Position numbers and translations under genes: made by a program. The notes beneath the pieces are model-generated. The model worked only from the letters and a program-made list of their open reading frames with translations, was not told the DNA's origin and searched no databases. 64,000 nucleotides of DNA from Paraspadella gotoi. Lineage: Eukaryota; Animalia; Chaetognatha. Of the stretch, positions 38,241 to 50,267 are shown piece by piece. Each line of letters opens with the position of its first letter. Position 1 is the first letter of the stretch. Where the stretch lies: NCBI GenBank assembly GCA_051294375.1, contig JBJCIZ010000028.1, positions 1,963,053 through 2,027,052 on the forward strand. Reading direction: 5' to 3'.

Positions 38241-38799
38241 CATTTACAAAAAAACATTGTTCCTTGGAGCCGCTTGTAAGAGTGATGAACAGCATGCTTG
38301 ACTGAATTAGCAATTGCATGAAAGATTCGAAAATAACTTCAATTAAAATCAATAAAAAATAAAAAGCCTCTTTCTTAGGAAGAGTGCTTTTTACCCCGTC
38401 ACCAAGCTGATCAATGCAAAGGTCCACTGATATTGGGACTGAGGCCAATCCTATAAAGATCAGAGTAACCGCCATCCACTTTCTCGAAGGCGTCTTTAGC
38501 AAACGCAGAAAGCTCTCACGATTCCGGTGAACAACGGTAAAGGCATAGGCCGATGAAATCAAGCAATGATTGGTGAAAACAGCCAGAAGACCCCAGCCAA
38601 AGTAGTGTTCGTGTGATTGGTTGGATTTAAAAAATCGACGTATGGCGTTCAAGTCCGAACCTAAGTCGAGAACGCTCAGATTTATGCTCAGGATGAGCGA
38701 CGCTACACAGAAAAATCTTGGCCAATTCATGACGATGATAATTTTATTTCTCTCTTCCGGCAACAAAAAAACTTTTTCTCTCGCGCTTCCCTTCGACAT
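38241..38799 (-). CDS. XK-related (Xkr scramblase-like) protein, first coding exon
   Basis: VLDLGSDL matches the Xkr TM1 DxGxD motif and IEVIFESFMQLLIQ matches the XK ExxxES.PQL.LQ motif. Donor G|GTAAGT at 38240. Start ATG at 38799 or 38730. Confidence 0.85.
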
Positions 38800-40026
38800 C
38801 AAGTAATTATGAATAGAGGTTCTTTGTCAAAAGGCTAAATGTAATCAATAATGAGATTTCGCAGATTTGAGTGCATATTAAGGCGGGTAAAAATTTAACA
38901 ACATTTTATAACTTCTAGTTCTCTCAAAAAGATTTCTTTTTTATTTCTACTACTAAATCGATTTTCAATGCAACTTTTTGAATTAGTTCATTGGATTGTT
39001 GCACTGAAGTTTTTAAATATTTATTAATATATAACAATTGACAAAATTTTTTTTTTAATTAGATTTTTTAAGAACGGATTCCTATAAAGCTTAAAAAATA
39101 ATAATCATCATCATCATTGGCTGAATTTCATGTTTTTTTTAAATTTTTATCAATAAAACAAAAAATGTTAAAAAGTTGTAATAATAACCTTTATCTAACT
39201 TTCAAAGCTCTATCAGAACTATTAAAAAAAATTTAAAAATCATAAAACAAGTTTGAGCAAACAATGTCGGATCTCCCCACGATCATTATCGGTAATTAAA
39301 TAATTAATTAATTCAAGTCAATTAATTAATTAACTTGATCCGAAATGTTTGTTTTGATTGATTAATTGACTGATTAATTAGTAATTGTTTAATTAATTGA
39401 CTAATTGATTAATTAATTGATTAATTATTTGATTAATTTATACATCTTGCATTTACATTTAATATAAAAAGAAAAAGAAGCATAATCAATTAGTGAAACA
39501 GGTTTTGTGTTTTTTTCAATTTAAACTCATTTCCACTCGGACGATTCCATCGAAACTTCATATCCAGCTCAATCACACACTTCCCTAACCACATACAAAA
39601 TTTCATTCCAATCTATCCATCCAATAACGAGTAATTGAACGGACGGACGAACGGACGGACGGACGGACGGAGAGACAGAAAGACAGACATCCTTTTGTTT
39701 TGCATAATTTATCATAATTCGATGTTCTGACATGATATATGATATATATGATATATATTGTACCGAGATCGATCCCCAATTGTATCGGGATCGATCCCCA
39801 ATGGAAGCGTGAGGACGGCCGTAGACCGCCTTGTGGGCCTGGAAAACCTCCAAGCTGGTTCCAAGCCCAGGACCCGTTCCATGGCTGCTAGAACTTGTTG
39901 ATACCATTCTTTGGCCCACTTAGCGCCTTATCCACATGAATATCTACTTAAAATAAGCAGAATAATTTCCATTTTCCTTATTAGAACAAAATGCCAGACT
40001 TATTTATTTTCATACATACATAGTAA

Positions 40027-40625
40027 GGGGTAGTGAAAGTTACATACAAAAATTCTAAAAGTCCCAACTTATGAACAATACATACCATCAGTGAACATTA
40101 ATTTATAAAAAATTAATTTTTATGTTTTTTAATTTTTCGCAGTAGGTTATATTTATATAGTACTATCCTTATAAAATCAAAAAATTTAAAATAGGCTTTT
40201 CTTAATTTTGGATTGCAGATTTGAATTCCTCGTCAAAAGTTGATAAAAAAAATATAAATCATTTTTAAAATTCTTTTATTAAGTGGGTTAAAAATTAAAA
40301 AAACTATATTTAATATAAAAAAATTAATTTTCAGCTTAAAATATAGCTTTTTCTAATTTTTGACCACTTAATGAAGGAATTTTTCAAAAAGTTTATATTT
40401 CTTTTATCAACTTTTTATGACGAATCTAAATCTGCAAAAAAATCTTAGAGAAAACTGTTTGAAATTTTAAATTTATTGGATTAGTATAGTATAAATATGG
40501 CCTACTGCGTAAATTGTAAAATTTATTAAAAAATTTTTTTATACTAAATGTTCATTAGTAAAATGTTGTTCGTTCCTCACTTTTAGAATTTTAATTAAAG
40601 TTAAATTTAGAAATTTTACTACGCC
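40027..40625. mobile_element. ~600-bp palindromic MITE-like element between (G)TAA and TTAA, possibly Kolobok-type
   Basis: Ends GGGGTAGTGAAA and TTTTACTACGCC; internal arms pair (aattctaaaagt/acttttagaatt, cgcagtagg/cctactgcg). Confidence 0.55.
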
Positions 40626-41285
40626 TTAATACATAGTTATCACATAACGTTGGCAAAGAAGTGCAAGTTCTCTGGTAATTGACTTACACTAGTTCTAATA
40701 AGTTCATTAATGTCGCTGAAATGATTAAACACCTGCCTCAGGCTTCCTTTTATGACCTACAGTAATTGATGAATCCAATTCCGGTAAAGCACTTTAGAAA
40801 TGACCTTAACGATTCCATCTGCAATAAAGCGCCGCAGAAAAGAAAATACCAACCGCCAACTGCAGTTTAGCGCCCCGGAATTGTCCAGACCGATGTCATC
40901 TGCAGTGAAGCTTAGCACAAATAACAGAAATAATTTATCATAATTTGATGTTCTGACACGATGAAAGTGAATGACCGACAAGATTTTGGGGGTGGACCGA
41001 CGGACCGACAAAGGATTACAGTAAAAATAATAGGTGGGTGGGACTAAATAAAATTAGTTCCATAAAAACAAAAAAACAGAAATTGGTCAGGTTTGGGTAA
41101 GGCAAGAATTTAAAAGCTACTGGCAAGTCTCGAGTAAGGCAAACTCTTTGACCATATAATTTTTAAGCTCAATCTTTTTTAAAACCAAAAATAAACGTGT
41201 CAATTTTTAAGCATTTTCCGTTCCCAAAATATCATTTAAAATTTTTGATTTAATTAAACAATAATTTATTTAATTTTTTTTTTAG

Positions 41286-41399
41286 CTAAAAACTACACTT
41301 GGCTCAAAGACGGGTACATCGACTGCGTCACGGACCCTCAAGCTCAGATGGTTAGAGGAACCAACATTCTCGGCCTCGTCGTCTTCTCCGCCGTTTTGG
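41286..41399 (+). CDS. SLC1 transporter TM4c exon (AKNYTWLKDG...RGTNILGLVVFSAVLG)
   Basis: Phase 1/1 GT-AG exon with the conserved G.N.LGL.VFS..FG motif. Confidence 0.93.
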
Positions 41400-41572
41400 G
41401 TCAGTTATGGCACATAAGGTCACATTTTGGGTCAGTTTTTGGGTCAAATTTGGGGTAAAATTTGGGGTAAGTTTTTGTGTCAAATTAGGGGTCAGTTTTT
41501 AGGGGTCAAATTTAGAGGTCAGTTTATGGGTCAAATTAGGGGTCAGTTTTTGGGTAAGAGGTAAGTTTTGGG
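41400..41572 (+). repeat. ~12-bp minisatellite derived from the exon/donor junction (ttttgggtcag)
   Basis: Junction GTTTTGG|GTCAG is followed by about 12 variants of (t/a)tttgggtca(g/a). Confidence 0.75.
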
Positions 41573-41797
41573 GTTAGAATCGGTTTTCGTTTTAGATAAT
41601 TATGAGGCTCAGTTTTTTAACAGATTTTTTAACTTATTTGGGTTTAAAGCTTTGGGTTAATTTTTATTCTCAGTAATGTATCAACTGTCAAGTTTGATTA
41701 GGTTTTATTTCTAAATTTTGTCCAACGTCTTCAGAGTTCTCACACCTAAAAGCATATCATACCGTCACTGTCTCATACTTAACCCTTCTCTTTTAAG

Positions 41798-41937
41798 GCA
41801 TGGTGTGCAGCGGCCTTCAAAACGATGCCAAAGCAATAACGACTCTTTTCAATCAACTCAATCTTTGCATCATGAAGATCATCGAGATGATTATGTACGT
41901 CTCGCCAATAGGCATCTTCTTTCTCATCTTGGGACAG
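41798..41937 (+). CDS. SLC1 transporter TM5 exon (GMVCSGLQNDAKAITTLFNQLNLCIMKIIEMIMYVSPIGIFFLILGQ)
   Basis: AAG acceptor and CAG|GTAAAG donor; matches F..LN...MK....IM...P.GI.FLI.G. Confidence 0.93.
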
Positions 41938-42984
41938 GTAAAGATATAACACAATACATAATATATAATATTTATATATCTGGAAGTGAATAAACGAGAC
42001 TGTGAGAGAGTCTCTATTGAAAGCTTGTAGGGATCTGCTATGCATTTTTTTCATAAGCGTGATGAAGGCTTGAAACCATCAAAATCAGGGGAAAGATACA
42101 GGCCCAACACAAGTGACTTTGACTCGAGCTTTCTTTTAGAATCGTTTGCCATAAATTAATCTCCCGGCTTTTCGGCTTTTACCCAATTTTGTATGAAGAT
42201 TGATTTATCGAAAAGTGACGAAAATTAACTGATAAATGAGACGACGACGACGACGACGACGACGACCAGCATTAGAGTTGACGATAGATAGATTATCTTA
42301 GGCTTCGTCGTCGTCATAGTCGTCGTTTCAATGTTGTCAAGTACCAAGGGGAATGAACTTTGATATACTTGAAACTAGGCGAAAATTAAAGCTCACTTTT
42401 CCAAAATGAAATAACCAAAACCTAATTTATAACCAATCAACCAAGAGACAAGAATAGTTTGAGAAACGAATGGATAATTACCATTAAAAATGTATAGTTA
42501 TAATTAAAAAGCACCCAAGTACAATGTAATATTTCCCGTTTTAATACTCAAGGGAGCGATCCTTTTATACAATTGAAACATTATTTGGAATATAATTCTT
42601 CTTCATTGAGAGGGAAGCCGGGTTCTCTGGGAGTGAATATGCCAGACTGTGAGAGAGTCTTAATTAAAACTTGAACAGACCTGCTAGGTGATTATCTTTT
42701 AAGTGTGATGAAAACCTTAAACCCCCAAAGCCTGTCTAAAGTCAGGGGTAATGTAGCTTATTTATTAAATGAATTAATAATTTTATATTGGTTGTAACAA
42801 TTTCATAGCAGAACCCTGCAAGTTTTCAATCGAGACTCTCTCACAGGTTCATTCACTACCAGAGTACTTAGCTTCCCAATCAATGAAGTGGTATAATGTT
42901 TCAATAAATTTTTCAATAATATATTATAACTTTCCCACCCTGGATGTTCCTTTGTTTTCTCACCTTACCCTCCCCTTAATACAG

Positions 42985-43183
42985 GTCATCTCTACCGAAG
43001 ACATGGGCGCACAAATGGCTAAAATCGGATACTACATTCTCATTCTTCCTCTTGACTCTTTCTTCCACGCGGGCCTCGTCATTCCTCTCATTTTCTTTCT
43101 GTTGACGAGAAAGAATCCAGTCAAGTACATCGGCGGGATGGTACAAGCATTGGTGACCGCCTTTGCCACGTCGTCATCTAGCG
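42985..43183 (+). CDS. SLC1 transporter TM6/HP1 exon (..TRKNPVKYIGGMVQALVTAFATSSSS)
   Basis: Conserved TRKNP and serine-rich HP1 motif; CAG acceptor, G|GTAGG donor. Confidence 0.95.
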
Positions 43184-43789
43184 GTAGGAAGGGAGAACTT
43201 TTGAAGAAGGGGAGGATACTTTTTAAACAAAGGAACATCGACGAGGTTTCAGTTAATCTAATGAAAAGCTTCTTGTGTTTTGTCTTTTTATTTACGTTTG
43301 ATTGTTTTGTTATTAAAATAAGTTTTAGACAACCAATTTTAATTTTATATTTCAATTTATTTATATTAACCCTGAAATATTTTAATTTTTCAATTTTATT
43401 CTTTAAAGGGAAAAAGTTTGTTTTTTTTAGTTTTGAACAACGAATTTATTTAGCATGAAAAAAGGATATGTTTCGGCTTCAATGTAAGCCTTTATCAGCG
43501 CAAAGTGAATTTTATTCTTTAATCTCTGTTTTTCAAATTTAAAATTTTTTTTTCATTTTCTGTCTCTTTCTTTTGGCGAGGAAATCAAATCTCTTGTTGC
43601 GATTTTAAAATGATAAACTCGAATATCGAGTTTCTGTCTCGACAAAATTAGGAGATTTTTTATTCCAGTCGCTTTGAAGGAGGCACAACCTGTTATAGGC
43701 CGTATCAGTCTTTTTCAAAATGAATGAATAAATGGATGAATTGAGAAATGAACAAATGAAGGAATCGACGAATTAATGAATGGTTGATT

Positions 43790-43794
<5 letters not shown>

Positions 43795-43880
<86 letters not shown>

Positions 43881-43920
43881 AAGAAAGAGAGAAAGAAAAA
43901 GAAAGAAAGAGAAAGAAAGT
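43795..43920. repeat. (GAAA)n microsatellite
   Basis: Pure tetranucleotide tract, mirrored at ~48810-48945 in the fold-back copy. Confidence 0.95.
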
Positions 43921-44090
43921 TAGTCATCATTCTAAAGAAAGAAAGAAAAGAGAACCAAATGATTTTTTATTATAAAATTTCAAAACTCTGAAATACAGAC
44001 CGACATAACTTTCAATTTTATAATCTATTAATTTTTGAATATTAATAGTTTATCAATTCTCATTAAAGATTACTTACCCCCCCGATGCAG

Positions 44091-44155
44091 CTACTCTGCC
44101 TGTTACGATGACATGCGTAGAAGAAAATAATAAAATAGACAAGAGAGTCACTCAG
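44091..44155 (+). CDS. SLC1 transporter exon (ATLPVTMTCVEENNKIDKRVTQ)
   Basis: Matches EAAT ATLP.T..C.EENN..DKR.T; splice phases are consistent. Confidence 0.95.
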
Positions 44156-44550
44156 GTAAAAATAGTCAAGTTTAAAAAATTACATTCACGATTTCATTTT
44201 TAAAATGTTTATAATTGATATCAAGATGTCTGACAATATTATTGATGCAAAGAAAATTCAATAACTAAGAAACAGAAATTTAATTTTGATGTATTGCTTA
44301 ATCTTTATCATGATATCTACAAGTTCAAATTTTGTCATTTTCCAAATTTTTTTTTTATTTTCTAAAGTAGGAATGAATGATTTAATTTATAAAAATAGTT
44401 TTAAAATGAGAACAGATGGTTAACTACCTTAAAACAAAGAAAAAAAATATTTTGTTTCATATTTATCATTCCAACTTAATATAATATTAAGCTGAAATTA
44501 ATACTTATTTAGTTTTTTTTTCCCAAAATCCTTTATTTCCTAATTTTCAG

Positions 44551-44661
44551 TTTGTGCTGCCAATTGGAGCGACCATCAACATGGACGGTTCCTGCATTTA
44601 CTTCACGATTTCCGCCATTTTTATGGCGCAATTGGACGACATTCCTTTGGGAGTGCCGCAG
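44551..44661 (+). CDS. SLC1 transporter TM7 exon (FVLPIGATINMDGSCIYFTISAIFMAQLDDIPLGVPQ)
   Basis: Hallmark FVLP.GATINMDG motif; CAG acceptor and CAG|GT donor. Confidence 0.96.
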
Positions 44662-44816
44662 GTCAGAGAGAGAGAAGAGAGAGGGAGAAAATACCACTCA
44701 TTAAGTCATATGAAAATTATTTCACCCTCACTCCTCTCCTTTTCTATTTTTCTTTCTCTCCTTCTCTCTCTCTCCCTCCTCTCCCTCTCTCTCCCCCTCC
44801 ACACAAAAAAAAAAAG

Positions 44817-44986
44817 ATCATAACCATCGCCCATCCACTCGGCCTCGTCTCCATCGGCGCTTCCGGCACGCCCAAACGCCGGAATGGTCTTCTTCATCAT
44901 GATCCTCAACGCGGCCGGATTGCCGGACGAGAAAGTCTCTCTCATCTACGCCGTGGATTGGTTGTTGGATCGATTCATCACCGCGG
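44817..44986 (+). CDS. SLC1 transporter HP2/TM8 exon (consensus [56 protein letters not shown]); indel errors in this copy
   Basis: SIGA.G.P.AG and AVDW.LDR motifs. Frame was repaired by comparison with the inverted copy at ~47741-47910. Confidence 0.9.
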
Positions 44987-45080
44987 GTGAGATGGGGGGG
45001 GCGTTAGTTTAAAAGGGTTTGGGTTGGAACTAGAAAAGGAGATGCACCGTCGTACAAGAAGACCTGATATAGCTGTAGAA

Positions 45081-45961
45081 TAGGGCGTTGAAATAACGAA
45101 ATATAACAAATCAAGTGAGGTACATAGCTATTTTTAGTCTCTAGAATTCGATGATGATAACCATTTTTTTGTATAGTCTCATCTTCTTTGTCGGAAATGG
45201 CGATTTTTGCAGCATATAAGGTGCTATTAAAATATATAGGAGTATAGGAAACTCAAAATTATTAAGATTTTATAAAAGCCATATTTAACTTACATAATAT
45301 GAAAGTAAAGACCTATATAAATATTTTGGTAAGTTTATTTACAATTTTATATTTTATTAAATGTTTGTTAGCTAAATTATTAATAAATAATAATAAAAAA
45401 TAAGCTAAAGTGAAAAAATAAAAAATAAAAAATTTAAAACCGGATTTGAATTCCTTACAAAAAGTTGATATAAGAAAGTATAATCCATTTTAAAAAATTC
45501 TTTCATTAAGTAGTTAAAAATATTAAAAACTATTATTTTTGTTTAATTTTTAAATTTGGCTTAAAATTATAGTTTTTCTGAATTTTGACCAACTTAATGA
45601 CATAATTTTGATATAAAAATTATATTTTCCTTATATCAACTTTTTGCAAAAAATGCAAATCCATGAAAAAAATTTTGAAAAAACATAAAATTTAAATAAA
45701 CTTACCAAATATTTTTATAAGTCTTTATTTTTATATTTCAAAAGCTCATATAAATTTTATAAATTTTAATAATTTGATTTCATAACTTATAATGGTTTTG
45801 CTATTTATAACAATTTTATATACATATAAAAACCGTCATTTCCGACAAGAGATAAAATTATACAAAAAAATGGTCATCACCATCGAATTCTACAGACTAC
45901 ATTACACTAAAATAGCTATGTACCTCACTTGATTTGTTATTTTTTATTTTTCAACGCTCTA
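45081..45961. mobile_element. Non-autonomous hAT-like foldback element with 8-bp target-site duplication
   Basis: TIRs TAGGGCGTTGAAA / TTTCAACGCTCTA extend into long inverted arms. Direct repeat CTGTAGAA at 45073-45080 and 45962-45969. Confidence 0.82.
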
Positions 45962-46330
45962 CTGTAGAAGGACCCAGAGGGGAGTCTGAAAGGTCACTAG
46001 TCACTAGAGTGATTGTGAAAATAATAACATTTATAAAATTAAAATTTAGCATATAGAAGACGAAATAAATCGCCATAAAATTTTATTTTTTAAATTTTGT
46101 ACATTTGTGGGCACCGGTGAGCTATATTTAAAAGAGTAATACAAATATATTAGGCTCTCTAATCTTTAAAATTGAAACTTTAAAATTTTTCATATATTTA
46201 ATAATTTATTCTTTTATTAACTGAAAAAATTATTTATTTATTGATTTATTCATTTGATTTTTTTTCAATTCTTGTATTATTCATTTGTATTTTAATACAT
46301 CCATTCATTAATTCATTCATTGATTTTCAG

Positions 46331-46378
46331 CCAATGTTAATGGAGATAGATGTTTGAACGATTCCAACCCCCATTGCA
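46331..46378 (+). CDS. SLC1 transporter end-of-TM8 exon, broken by the fold-back junction (ANVNGD|AMGVGIVQ)
   Basis: TTTTCAG acceptor. NVNGD reads forward and the continuation AMGVGIVQ reads on the - strand 46378->46348; matches EAAT NV.GD..G.GIV. Confidence 0.8.
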
Positions 46379-48855
46379 TCTCCATTAACATTGCTGAAAT
46401 CAATGAATGAATTAATGAATGGATGTATTAAAATACAATGAATAATACAAGAATTGAAAAAAAATCAAATGAATAAATCAATAAATAAATAATTTTTTCA
46501 GTTAATAAAAGAATAAATTATTAAATATATGAAAAATTTTAAAGTTTCAATTTAAAGTAGAGCCTAATATATTGTATTACTCTTTTAAATATAGCTCACC
46601 GGTGCCCACAAATGTACAAAATTTAAAAAATAAATATTTATGGCGATTTATTTTCGTCTTCTATATGCTAAATTTTAATTTATAAATGTTATTATTTTCA
46701 CAATCACTCTAGTGACTAGTGACCCTTTCAGACTCCCCTCTGGGTCCTTCTACAGTAGCAGCGTTGAAAAATAAAAAATAACAAATCAAGTGAGGTACAT
46801 AGCTATTTTAGTGTAATGTAGTCTGTAAATTCGATGGTGATGACCATTTTTTGTATAATTTTATCTTTCTTGTCGGAAATGACGGTTTTTAATGTATATA
46901 AAATTGTTATAAAATAGCAAAACCATTATAAGTTATGAAATCAATTATTAAAATTTATAAAATTTATATGAGCTTTTGAAATATTAAAAATAAAGACTTT
47001 ATAAAAATATTTGGTAAGTTTATTTTTAAATTTTATGTTTTTTTCAAAATTTTTTCATGGATTTGCATTTTTTGCCAAAAAGTTGATATAAGAAAATATA
47101 ATTTTTATATCAAATTATGTCATTAAGTTGGTCAAAATTCAGAAAAACTATTAATTTTAAGCCAAAAAATTAAAAATTAAACAAAAATAATATTTTTAAT
47201 ATTTTTAACCTTACTTACATGAAAGAATTTTTTAAAATGGATTATACTTTCTTATATCAACTTTTTGTAAGGAATTCAAATCTGTTTTAAATTTTTTATT
47301 TTTTATTTTTCACTTAGCTTATTTTTTATTATTATTTATTAATAATTTAGCTAACAAACTATTAATAAAATATAAAATTTGTAAATAAACTTACCAAAAT
47401 ATTTATTATAGGTCTTTACTTCATATTATGTAAGTTAAATATGGCTTTTATAAAATTCTTAATAATTTGAGTTTCCTATACTCCTATATATATTTAATAG
47501 CACCTTATATGCTGCAAAAATCGCCATTTCCGACAAAGAGATGAGACTATACAAAAAATGTTATCATCATCGAATTCTAGAGACTAAAAATAGCTATGTA
47601 CCTTCACTTGATTGTTATATTTCGTTATTTTTCAACGCACCCTATTCTACAGCATATCAGGTCTTCTTGTACGACGGTGCATCTCCCTTTTCTAGTTCCA
47701 ACCCAAACCCTTTTAAACTAACGCCCCCCCCCAATCTCACCCGCGGTGATGAATCGATCCAACAAACCAATCCACGGCGTAGATGAGAGAGACTTTCTCG
47801 TCCGGCAATCCGGCCGCGGTGAGGCATCATGATGAAGAAGACCATTCCGGCGTTGGCGTGCCGGAAGCGCCGATGGAGACGAGGCCGATGGTGATGGCGA
47901 TGGTTATGATCTTTTTTTTTTTTGTGTGAGTGGGGAGAGAGAGGGAGGACGGAGAGAGAGAGAAGGAGAGAAAGAAAAAAATAGAAAAGGAGAGGAGTGA
48001 GGTGAAATAATTTTCATATGACTTAATGAGTGGTTATTTTCCCCTCTCTCTCTCTCTCTCTGACCTGCGGCACTCCCAAAGGAATGTCGTCCAATTGCGC
48101 CATTAAAATGGCGGAAATCGGTGAAGTAAATGCAGAACCGTCCATGTTATGGTCGCTCCAATTGGCAGCACAAACTGAAAAATTAGGAAATAAAGGATTT
48201 TGGGAGAAAAAAAAACTAAATATAAGTATTAATTTCAGCTTAATATTATATTAAGTTGGAATGATAAATATGAAACAAAATATTTTTTTCTTTTTTTTAG
48301 GTAGTTAACCATCTGTTCTCATTTTAAAACTATTTTTATAAATTAAATCATTCATTCCTACTTAGAAAATAAAAAAAAAATTTGGAAAATGACAAAATTT
48401 GAACTTGTAGATTCATGATAAAGATTAAGCAATACATCAAAATTAAATTTTTGTTTTTAGTTATTGAATTTTTCTTTGCGCATCAATAATATTGTCAGAC
48501 ATTTGATATCATTATAAAACCATTTTAAAAATGAAATCGTGAATGTATTTTTTAAACTTGACTATTTTTACTGAGTGACTTCTTGTCTATTTTATTATTT
48601 TCTTCTACGCATGTCATCGTAACAGGCAGAGTAGCTGCATCGGGGGGGTAAGTTAATCTTTATGAGAATTGATAAACTATTAATATTCAAAATAATCTAG
48701 ATTATAAAATTGAAAGTTATGTCGGTCTGTATTTCAGAGTTTTGAAATTTTATAATAAAAAATCATTTGGTTCTCTTTTCTTTCTTTCTTTTAGAATGAT
48801 GACTAACTTTCTTTCTCTTTCTTTTCTTTTTCTTTCTCTCTTTCTTTCTCTCTCT

Positions 48856-48895
<40 letters not shown>

Positions 48896-48896
48896 T

Positions 48897-48945
<49 letters not shown>

Positions 48946-49842
48946 AATCAACCATTCATTAATTCTCGATTTCCTCATTTGTTCATTTCTCAATTCATCC
49001 ATTTATTCATTCATTTTGAAAAAGACTGATACGGGCCTATAACAGGTTGTGCCTCCTTCAAAGCGACTGGAATAAAAAATCTCCTAATTTTGTCGAGACA
49101 GGAAACTCGATATTCGAGTTTATTCATTTTAAAATCGCAACAAGAGATTTGATTTCCTCGCCAAAAGAAAGAGACAGAAATGAAAAAAAAATTTTAAATT
49201 TGAAAAACACAGAGATTAAAGAATAAAATTCACTTTGCGCTGATAAAGGCTTACATTGAAGCCGAAACATATCCTTTTTTCATTGCTAAATAAATTCGTT
49301 GTTCAAACTAAAAAAAACAAACTTTTTCCCTTTAAAGAATAAAATTGAAAAAATTAAAATATTTCAGGGTTAATATAAATAAATTGAAATATAAATTAAA
49401 ATTGGTTGTCTAAAACTTATTTTAATAACAAAACAATCAAACGTAAATGAAAAAGACAAAACACAAGAAGCTTTTCATTAGATTAACTGAAACCTCGTCG
49501 ATGTTCCTTTGTTTAAAAAGTATCCTCCCCTTCTTCAAAGTTTCTCCCTTCCTACGCTAGATGACGACGTGGAAAGGCGGTCACCAATGCTTGTACCATC
49601 CCGCCGATGTACTTGACTGGATTCTTTCTCGTCAACAGAAAGAAAATGAGAGGAATGACGAGGCGCCGCGTGGAAGAAGAGAGTCAAGAGGAAGATGAGA
49701 ATTGTAGTATCCGATTTTAGCCATTTGTGCGCCCATGTCTTCGGTAGAGATGACCTGTATTAAGGGGGGTAAGGTGAGAAAACAAAGGAACATCCAGGGT
49801 GGGAAAGTTATAATATATTATTGAAAATTCTATTTGAAACAA
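46348..49842 (-). other. ~3.5-kb inverted copy of 42897-46347, probable chimeric fold-back artefact
   Basis: Mirror image including SLC1 exons. Differences are almost all single-base indels, the centre lies inside an exon, and the copy ends just before a 25-N gap. Confidence 0.85.
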
Positions 49843-49929
49843 TCTCTCTCCNNNNNNNNNNNNNNNNNNNNNNNNNCATCTTTGCTACAGTGATCTTTTT
49901 CCAGGTTAAGAAGTTATTCGTAAAAAAAT

Positions 49930-50227
49930 CGTAAAAAAAATTCTTAAAAGAATCCTGATCGAGCCAGACGGCTATTATCAAAGAAAATTAAGAGAGGGAG
50001 AGAGAGACAGAAAGAGAGAGACAGAGAGAGAGAGACAGAGATAGAGAGAGACATCATTGTATGAGACATCAGTGTATGAGCGAGAGATTATTGATGCGAT
50101 GATAACCAATTATTGATGCGATGATAGTCATTCACTGATGTGATTCTAGTCATTCACTGATGCGATGATAGTCATTCATTGACGCGATGAGTCATTCATC
50201 ATAAATAAAACAAACTAATGTGTGTAT

Positions 50228-50267
<40 letters not shown>

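Noticed and set aside
46348-49842. Second, inverted SLC1 paralogue
   Set aside because: Introns mirror the forward copy apart from indels and the junction lies mid-exon, so it is best explained as a fold-back artefact.
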